Shown: positions 10,001 through 18,431 of the stretch, in pieces
Position numbering within the stretch: position 1 is the stretch's first letter
How the letters are laid out: every line of letters starts with the position of its first letter
Source: Catajapyx aquilonaris
Taxonomy: Eukaryota
Direction of reading: 5' to 3'
Assembly (NCBI GenBank): GCA_000934665.2
Contig: JYFJ02004377.1
Coordinates: forward strand, 1-32,571
Length of the DNA: 32,571 bases
The notes under the pieces: generated by a model
What the model was told of the DNA's origin: nothing
Seen by the model: only the letters and a program-made list of their open reading frames with translations
The model's database searches: none
Made by a program: the position numbers and the translations under genes

Positions 10001-11390
10001 TCATTTTTTCATACAGTGTAACATTATTAGGAACAAGTTCCAAAAGAATTATCATGGAATGCAAATCAAATCCTTGCGTACCGTTTTTATTTGTTGTGAA
10101 AACCCAATTAGTTTCTATCTATCAATATTTGCGAAATGGATTCTGAATTGCAGACTATTTTTCTTCATGCAAATAATTCCACTGTTTCAAGGAAAACGAG
10201 CCAATAAATTAGCCTGTTATTTCACCCTTTTAAGACAGATTAGTTGTTGAAAATGCCTAGCAATTCCTTAGCTTAGCTTCTCCTCTGATGATATTGTCGT
10301 GGTAGGAAGAGAAATATTGATGGTGATTTAATAAGCTCGCATTGAATCAACACATCAATATTTCTCTTCTTGATTATGAATGCTCCTTTTGCTCTACCCT
10401 GGCTAATCAAGAGTGTAAATGAATAGCTTACTCGTGTGTCCTACATGATAAAGAGATGAATTGTCACTGCTCAGCGGTTCATCAAAGTCCTCAAATAGCA
10501 ATGGCGGAACTCCATCCTCTGGTTTATCTGTATCCTTAGTGATTATGTCGATCGGACTTTGGGCCGCCGTGTTCCAGGTGCATTCTGACGGCCAATTGTG
10601 TGGGCCTGAAAAACAATATGTCTATTCAATCATACCAGTGTTAAGCCATTACGGTACCAAAAACTGATAATCAACATGTTTGTTTGTGTTTTAGGGATGA
10701 GTCATCAGGTCGACACCAGGTGGCTGAGTTGAGGTGATGGCTCACCCCGGACAAACAAAATAATGAACATGCAGACATAGGCAGTTAGTAGTACGATTCT
10801 CACCAGATCAGATGAACTTACCATTCTCATGGCTTTCGTAGTCATATGGTTTGAAGTCATCATCTCTGGAAATAAGCTCTGGAAATAAGACAAATATTAA
10901 TCCTGATGATGCACATTATCCACATTTCATTACTTCATGTAAGTTGTTCAAAATTTTCTATGGTTAAGTAACTCACAAGTCGACCACCTGCTTTTGAAGA
11001 TCATCAAAATTTGAATTTTGAATCACATTTCTTACTGAAGCAACATCGATTTTTAAACATTTGTCCTTGATCACTCTAAATCTTTTGATTGGCTTACAAA
11101 ATTATTCACGTTTAATGATGTATAAATTATCACTTGTACGTTTAAAAAACTTAATTACTGACACTCAGCTATAGTAATAAGGATTACGCGTACCAGTCGG
11201 CTCAAGGAGTAAGACCCCTAACCTAGAAATTAACCTCCAACAGAGGTGCTGCCTAGGGGAGTGAGATCTATTGTACGTATCTTTGGGAAGAACAGAGGTG
11301 CTGCTTCCCAAAGATACGCAACTTACTCCTTGAGCCGACTGTACCAACGCCAGCGACTAGCAATACAACAATGATCCAGCAAGGCTGCAT
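7007..11390 (-). CDS. Alpha-carbonic anhydrase-related protein, copy B (338 aa; signal peptide, GPI-like/hydrophobic C-terminus; predicted non-catalytic)
   Basis: Exons 11390-11327, 10878-10822, 10605-10432, 9842-9689, 8892-8772, 7514-7290, 7228-7007, in frame (1017 nt) with the same intron phases as copy A (1,1,1,2,0,0). Motifs GPHNW..C, QSPIDI, GHT, TFHWG, GSEH, YAME, YKGSETYPPC. Confidence 0.9.
8336..8490. mobile_element. Non-autonomous DNA-transposon remnant in intron 5 of copy B
   Basis: Tc1/mariner-like end TA-cagggtgttc at about 8336 and an internal inverted repeat tcaaagtcgatgcatttgcttgggg ... ccccaagcaaatgcatcgaatttga (8377-8490); absent from the short copy A intron. Confidence 0.55.
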
Positions 11391-11934
11391 CCTGCTTTAT
11401 CTTCACTGCTTCAAGAGCGGAGAGATCTCATCGCCAAAGCACTGTCTTCCACTCTGCAAAAGAACAGGTCAAATTCAACAAAAGAGTAATGAGATAATAA
11501 TAGTTATTAATCGACCACAAAATCTGCACATTTTTGGTCGAAATTGAGTTCGCCGTGGCAGAGAGTTACTGCCGAAGAGTACTCTGTGATGTGCATGTCA
11601 GATTGACAATGAGGATCACAACACGGATTTACAAAATGGAACGGTCTTGTTCGATTTTTTTCAACAATGACTGTCAACAATGGTCCCAGAAACGACTTCA
11701 GTGGTAATTAAAAAACCAATATGGCACCAAAACGTGACTGAATCAAATTAGACCATGCTTGATAGAGGATTGGGTACTGTACAGTACACGCAACCTATAA
11801 TAGAGCTACTATAACCATTAATTATTTATGAAAAAAGTAAGGACTTAACAATGAAGCAGCTTAGTGCAATAAAAAAATATTGCAAACGGATGCGGACAAG
11901 TAATTCTCATGAATCTAAGATGACGTGCAAAGCT

Positions 11935-12630
11935 GGCGAAAATTCTGCTCACTGGTCGCAGTGAGGACGAAGACTCACTTTTTCCAAGCCAACAAGAATC
12001 TCCGGAACACTACTGGAAATTCAGACCGAAACTGTTGATTATTACACTTTTAACCGTAATTAATAAATAACCTGGCAACCACAGAAGCAAATCGAAAAAA
12101 AAGTGCTTGGAAACGAACCCGTGATGACCAGTGTTGACAATCGATTGAGACCAGTGGAAACTTAATTGTTGTGTCAGCCAATTCCAAACATTATTTTTTG
12201 TAATTTATTTAGGTCAATACTCGTCAAAACTAGAACATAATATCCAGAAGATTTATAAGAGTAATCAGACTGACCTGAGAATCACTGGGGAGTCATTGGC
12301 TCCAACGTTACATGAGGACTGTCAGTGATTCCGCAGCCTGTGCAGACATAACAAATACACTTAGCGAAACTTCTCAGAGGAAGGTCCAACAAATTCGCGT
12401 TATGCCTAATTAGCGAAAATTCAGCTCACCGCCGCGGTGAAGGGGACGATTCTCGAACAGTTTTCAAGCCAACTGAGAGAGCTTTCGCCTGACGCGTGTG
12501 GTTCACTGGAATGTCAGACCAGAACTGTTGATTATTCGCCACCAGGCAACCAGCAGGCAACTACCAGAGGCGGAATCTAACAATCAAAAAATTATTGTTG
12601 CTTGGAAACGAAATCTGTTGACAATCTGAG
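11935..12630. promoter_or_regulatory. Two further copies of the CA-like upstream module
   Basis: gcgaaaattc(t/a)gctcac...aactgttgatt...ggcaac...gcttggaaac...tgttgacaat at about 11935-12145 and 12412-12630. Confidence 0.5.
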
Positions 12631-13231
12631 CCATCCACACCAAAAAATTCAAGCGCAACCCACATCCTGTATACCACAAGTCATCACTTTCTCAATAATT
12701 ACTGACTATATATATAATACACCATGTGGTCGAAAAGTTTCTCATTTTTTTCTCGGATTAAGGCTCAATATTACATAACATTTTCTTTAATTTATTTTGT
12801 AAAATTTGGCTACGAAGAAAATTGCATGCAAATTTTAGTTTAGCTGCACCTGTGAAGTGGTAGAAGGACTTGCCAGTTGCCATACCCTACAAGATGTTCC
12901 CCCGTTATTCACGACGCTCATTAAGCGATTATTTATACAATAATAATCTTCCTAATGGTCAATTACAAAGATCATTGTATGGGTAATCTGTTCTTATTTC
13001 AACCAGAAAATAGTACTGACGTGGCCAATCTTTCATTCATAGTTTTATTGATAAGTCATTGTGCCCATTGTGACATGAGTACTATTCTCTGGATGAATCA
13101 ATAATGCTATGGCAAGAAATGAAAACTACTCGGCAAACGAGGCTGTAAGTACTGTTATATTATTTATTATAAGAGTGCTACTATAGGGGACTGTGCGTCG
13201 GAGCCACGAGCCTCCAGCACAGTCGGAATCC

Positions 13232-14752
13232 TCACATGTGGATCGAACCTAACGTCAAGAAGAGGCAATAAGGCTCCATCCTTTCTCGTATCATCTTGAG
13301 ATATTCCTCCTGGATTTGCTCCAACTGGTTGCCTTTGAAGCACGCCACTACCAGGGCGTCTCCGAAGAAGTGGAACACCACCGATGCTACTTCGGGAGTC
13401 AGTCGGTTGCTGGTGATGCTGAAGCAGTACATGAGAGGCATGGGGTTGTATTTGAGGAGCGTGTAGACCATCGAGTTGTCCAGGTAGCTTTTTTGCACAA
13501 TTTCCAGCATATGCAAGTCTCTGGATTCGGATATGAGGTGCATGAAGTGGAGGCAGTTGAAGGAGTCGTTCTTGTCAGTGATTATTATCTTTTGCAGCTT
13601 CTTGAAAGGTGTGGATTTCTCCTGAGGGTTGAACGGGGTTGGAGTGCAGCGTGTCAAAGTTAGATCACGCACTTGGGGACACAGCTTTCCGATCAACTGG
13701 AGGTCCACATGGCTGCATTCGAACAGATCTAGTTCTAACAGATTTGGCATCGAGAGGCGCTTAATTCCTGTCAGGGCCGAGGCGACTTTTGTGATGTTGG
13801 ACATCGACAGACGACGTAGTCTAAAGAACAGCAGACGTTTCAGCCCCGACACTTGCTTCGCACTGCTGTGTGCAATGTGCAAGCTCCTCATTTCTACAAA
13901 CCTGTTGATCGGACTCAGATCTTTGCACCGGAAGAATGTCCCTTCGTCCAGCTTCGGGAAGTGTCTCGCCAAGCACGACAGCATTTCACTCCCGTCAATT
14001 AGGTTGAAATTGTTGTCCTTTTTCTCGTGGTAATCGTAGAGATTCAGCTGCTTCAACTGGTAGGTTTTCCGTATCGATCGCAAAAGAGGATTCACTAATG
14101 ATCTGTTGATGAGGAGGATCTCCAGCTGTGGCACGCTGTCCAGAATGTATATGACGTCTTCCATTCTCCCTCCGCAGTACTCCACAAACACCCTCTTCAA
14201 CTTGAGACACCCAGCCAGAGTCACGGGTTGGTTCCTGGACAACCCCCATCTGATTGACAACTCCTCCAGATTAGGACAGTACTTGGCCAGCCTCTTAAAC
14301 AGATGTGATTCGTCCGTCACCACACTTGCTATCCGAAGAGACCTGAGCTTCCGGAGTCGAGGAAGATGCTTGGACACGAATCCAGCAATCTCCGGTTGCT
14401 CCAGCGCAGGGTTGGCCCACCCCAGGCACAGATGGGTCAGGTTCCTCAGCCTGTCCAGGTTGTACAGAAGCTTCATCTCAGCTCCGAAGGTGGTGATGGA
14501 CACTCGGGTGCACCAGGGGCAGAGGGCGTCTCGGATGTTGACCCCTTGGTACTGCTGACCCCAGTCGATGGCGAAGAGGATTCGGCGCACGTACCTGTTG
14601 GCGAGGGTGACTGGGATGCTCCTGGCCAACTCCTGGATAGCCTTGACCTCTCCATCAGGATTGCTTTGGCATGACTTAAGGATCAAGGTTACGAACCTTG
14701 CGAGACTTAAGTGTTCCAACGGAAAGGGCAGCACCTCTATTCTTAGCGGCAT
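13232..14752 (-). CDS. Leucine-rich repeat protein (506 aa, intronless CDS), candidate cullin-RING ligase substrate receptor
   Basis: Many LxxLxL repeats (LRNLTHLCLG, LRKLRSLRIA, CPNLEELSIR, MPNLLELDLFEC, CPQVRDLTLTRC); CAAC-ATG start context; probable 5'UTR intron 14757-14852 (GTAAGT...CAG); minus-strand AATAAA at 13163-13168. Confidence 0.88.
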   Translation of the reverse strand: MPLRIEVLPFPLEHLSLARFVTLILKSCQSNPDGEVKAIQELARSIPVTLANRYVRRILFAIDWGQQYQGVNIRDALCPWCTRVSITTFGAEMKLLYNLDRLRNLTHLCLGWANPALEQPEIAGFVSKHLPRLRKLRSLRIASVVTDESHLFKRLAKYCPNLEELSIRWGLSRNQPVTLAGCLKLKRVFVEYCGGRMEDVIYILDSVPQLEILLINRSLVNPLLRSIRKTYQLKQLNLYDYHEKKDNNFNLIDGSEMLSCLARHFPKLDEGTFFRCKDLSPINRFVEMRSLHIAHSSAKQVSGLKRLLFFRLRRLSMSNITKVASALTGIKRLSMPNLLELDLFECSHVDLQLIGKLCPQVRDLTLTRCTPTPFNPQEKSTPFKKLQKIIITDKNDSFNCLHFMHLISESRDLHMLEIVQKSYLDNSMVYTLLKYNPMPLMYCFSITSNRLTPEVASVVFHFFGDALVVACFKGNQLEQIQEEYLKMIRERMEPYCLFLTLGSIHM

Positions 14753-15312
14753 GTTGCTGAGATAATGAATATGGAATCAGAGGTCATGTTTTGAAACAAT
14801 TGGATCAATTCTCAAGGAAAGCGTTGATGCATTTCGACAATACAACACTTACCCTGTTGTAGCTTTCGTCCAACTCTTGTCTACCTCTTACTGGGCCAAG
14901 TATACAGGATTCCAGGAGATGTTTCTTACGAACCCAGTGTAAGCGTGACATATAAAGAAGAAGGGTAAAAAACAGAACAAACAGAAGCATCTCATAGCAA
15001 CCAAACAATTTGCAAGAGGATGTCATAGAGTTTGGAGATAGCCCTACCTTCCATTTCATTTCCACAAACTAATTATTGTGAGAACTGAGTATTGATGGAA
15101 GATATGTCAATGCATACGATGTGAAATATTATTTTATAATCATGTTAATTCGGTCCTCCTAATGCAGGGCGTAGTCTATACGAAGTCTATCGATGTGCTT
15201 ACAAAGTAAACGAATCAATATGCATAATTCAACACTCCCTCCGTAACCTTTTCCCTCAGTATCATCAGTGAGATTGTTTTGTAAGGTCCGGTTGTATGCG
15301 TTTCTGACAAAA

Positions 15313-16698
15313 ATGGAGAACAGGGTGTCACCTGCTTCTTCTGAAACATCTTCCAGAAGTGCCTACCAGCCCGTAGATTATTTGAGCATGTTTGGAGGAT
15401 ACCTTCCATTCTGCTGGTGTTCGCGAGATGGTATCAGAAAGTGGTTCATGCGTTGGCCTAGTCTGGTTCACATCTCGCTTCTTGTGTGTTATGTGGCTGT
15501 ATTCAGCTGGCGTTTGCCACCTCAGATCGTCCACATACGACAAATGGGAATGACAGCGAAGGTGACATTCACGACCGTCGCGACCGTGACACGATTGGGC
15601 GCTTGGTACATATTTCTCTTGATGCAAACGAGGACTGGACAATTGTGGCAAGTTACCCGAGGAATATCCGACATGACCACATCTCTGGTTCAATCCGATT
15701 TGAGCATATTTGCAGCATTTTCTGTTGTCATTTCCGTCTGTTTAGCGACTCTCAATGCTTCATACGCACTTGCTGATGCAAATTATTTCAATGTGATTGT
15801 TGATCCTCTCTCATTTGCATACGCTTTTGCATGCTGGCACGCTGAAATGTTGCTTGCTATTCCTGTCATTCACATTGCACACTTGGCCATCATGTTGCGC
15901 AAAATACTGAAGCATGTGAACGAAGCTGTCAGTGACATGTGCAGAAAAATAACTGAAGAAATCGACGACAGAAGATTGATTGACGAACAAGTCAAGTTGC
16001 TGATGGACTCCTTGTGTCACTCTTTCGACTTGGTTGACGGCTTGTCACAAGTGTATGGTGTGCCCATTGCTGTCCTGTACTTCATCTATCTTGTGTCAAC
16101 AATAGGCGCCTCCTTTGACATCATACTGATGACTGGTTACACCGAATGGTCCAGCTTGTCTACATCAATATCAAGTCTGACCATCGTGTGCAATGCATTT
16201 TTGCTCGCCCTCTTTACGATCTTACTTGGAGAGATTCCTCGAGAGGTAAGATTTAGCTGCTTGCTGGGTTGTAAGAGAATAAGTGAGTCTTATTACTGAC
16301 CTTTTCAGGCCACACGATCACTGAAAGATCTCATTAGAGCACGGCCTTCAATAATGAATGAAGAGTGTGACAAACAGGTCAGTATACCCCGATCATGATG
16401 TGAAGTACAGACAGATCAGTGTTCGTTAATGGTAAAGTTCCATTAAAATATTTGCAGATGGAAGCAATGATCCAGAAGATGAAAACGTCACGTCCTGTTC
16501 AGATCACGGCTGCCAACTTCTTCGCGATTAATCGTGGGCTTTTGACATCAGTAAGTCCATTCGTCTAATGTGTATACTTGCCTCCATCGTTGTGACTTTG
16601 TGCCATTATAGATTGCAGGAGCAGTTACCACCTATTTGGTTGTTGTTGCTCAGTTCAAGGGTGCAGAGGATGGAAGAAATGTCACAAGATCATGCTAA
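15313..16698 (+). CDS. Gustatory receptor (7TM chemoreceptor family), 393 aa
   Basis: Exons 15313-16245, 16309-16377, 16458-16550, 16612-16698; three phase-0 GT-AG introns near the C-terminus; ITAANFFAINRGLLTS-IAGAVTTYLVVVAQF contains the GR TYhhhhhQF signature; multiple hydrophobic helices; AATAAA at 16777-16782. Confidence 0.95.
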
Positions 16699-16785
16699 CT
16701 ACATCATGACTGTCCAATAGAAAACTCGTATTCTGTACTCACTTAATTGCAATCTGTGTAGATCCGTACTACTCCAAATAAAAAC

Positions 16786-16988
16786 ATGACCCGACCAGTA
16801 CTGGCAGTCTGGTGGCCCTGACAGGCACGGTACATTTGGGCACACTTATAAATGGTAAGTCCCTGATTATGGAATGTTTATGAGAGGAAATTGCCTGATA
16901 AACATTCCGTAATCAGGGACTCACCATTTATAAGTGTGCCCAACCGTGCCTGTCAGGGCCACCAGACTGGCCGTACTGGTGCGGTCAT
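16786..16988. mobile_element. Fold-back/MITE-like near-perfect palindrome (about 90-bp arms)
   Basis: atgacc..cagtctggtggccctgacaggcacgg..ttgggcacacttataaatggt..ggaatgtttat and its reverse complement, separated by about 16 nt. Confidence 0.85.
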
Positions 16989-17009
16989 CCAAAAGCCATA
17001 CAGCCGAAT

Positions 17010-17530
17010 TTTTTCCCGCCAAAAGGTTCCGCCTACATTCCAGTAAATCCATTAGTGCGCATGCGCACTGTCAGCCAATGACTCCCTGCCATTCAGCAGG
17101 ACTGACCAATCACCGTGCACGTACTGGATCGTGTTAATCCTAATTCTGGTTTTTACACAGTTCCGCACAGTTCGCGTGTGCGCACGACTCGTGTCTGATT
17201 GGTCATAATCGTAATGTGGGGGTCGTGACTGGACCAATCGGACGCGGATGACTGTGAAGTGGCCGTGCCGTGTTATATCTGTCAGTAGAACGTAGAAATG
17301 ATGGAGACGGTTCTGTAGTGTTCTCTCTCCCTCTCTCTGCCCCGGGGCCGGCCCAGGGCATGCCCCGGGGCACGACCCAGGGCAGGGAGAGAGAGCGAAG
17401 AAGGGGGCAGATCCTCTGTGGAAGGAGACTGCAGGAGGGGGCACAGGAGGGGAAGTGTATATAGGTATCCCTTTACTTGATTAACCCTCTTCGTTATTCC
17501 ATGGTGGTTGGGTATACATAGGTAAGCTTT
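17010..17530. promoter_or_regulatory. Promoter-like, CpG-containing segment
   Basis: E2F-like tttcccgcc (about 17012), NRF1-like gcgcatgcgc (about 17057), four CCAAT/ATTGG boxes (about 17075-17240), GC-rich repeat 17338-17384, tatata near 17458. Confidence 0.4.
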
Positions 17531-18267
17531 TCGAGTCAATTGTGTACGGCATTGCAAGTACTATTTTCACTAGGATTGAGCTGCAATCATTTAATGGCTT
17601 TTAAGTATATCTCCCTCATATGATGTGACCTTGAATGTAAAGGACACAAATTTTATCGGCGATCAATGAGATGGAAATGCTAGTATCGCTGAGTGAGTCC
17701 TGATGAGCGTTGATTGAGTTGATTGAGCATGGCTGCGCAGGAAGTGGGAGTTTATGTAGCTGGCGGTGTGGACATGATAATTTTATCATATCTCGTGTAA
17801 TACAATGGAGTCGTGTAATGCATTTATATTGGTTTTATTGTGGCTTCTGGTAAGTCATTGCTGCTGTTTCTGCCTGTTTGTGCTGCTGCTGTTGGTCATG
17901 TCCGCAGGAATATTTTGGCCTGCTATGCATTCATTGATGGTATGAACTTCCAAGGTGCTTTCTGATATAAAATGAAGGTGGCTGTAGCAGAATACATTGT
18001 GTTTTGGTATTCGAAGTGGTGTTCAGACTTTCATCCCTATTCAATCTATTTTAGCGAATGGCTTAATACTGGTAAAAACCTGCATTGATGCATTTGTCAT
18101 GACTGTTCAACTCATTTGAGGTGTCGTCACCGTTTGAACTGTGATGGTCACTCACTGCTTCACTTCTGAGTGTTTATGTCGTATTGTACTTGTACACATC
18201 CAACAATTATTGTCAACTGTATAATGCAGCCTTCCACTCTTGGTTAGGTACTTAGGTTTTTAAGGTT

Positions 18268-18431
18268 CAGTGTTGGACATTAATTGAGGCATTACTGCTA
18301 GTGACATTTTCCGAAGCGCAGAAGAAGGAATCTTGCTTGTCCGACTTGCACTACATCCTTATATTCGATTCCTTCTTCTGCCGCTTCGGAAAATGTCGCT
18401 AGCAGTATGCCTCGATTAATGTCCAACACTG
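18268..18431. mobile_element. MITE with about 64-bp TIRs
   Basis: cagtgttggacattaattgaggca...gaagaaggaatc (18268-18331) versus gattccttcttc...ttaatgtccaacactg (18367-18431). Confidence 0.85.

Noticed and set aside
11955..11975. gtgaggacgaag resembling hammerhead ribozyme stem II
   Set aside because: No upstream CUGANGA core and no GAAA in any of the three module copies
13316..14765. Several plus-strand and alternate-frame ORFs over the LRR gene
   Set aside because: Shadow ORFs of a GC-richer coding sequence with no motifs of their own
14805..15065. 86-aa ORF as an upstream coding exon of the LRR gene
   Set aside because: Splicing at 14852/14757 puts it out of frame with the LRR ORF, and the in-frame reading hits a stop shortly upstream
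15268..16299. 343-aa ORF taken as the complete receptor
   Set aside because: It starts at a GTG and runs into intron 1; the spliced model 15313-16698 supplies the GR C-terminal motif
15313..16698. Assigning the GR to the CO2-receptor (Gr21a/Gr63a) clade because of the neighbouring CA-like genes
   Set aside because: I see no clade-specific similarity; it looks like a divergent GR and needs a phylogeny
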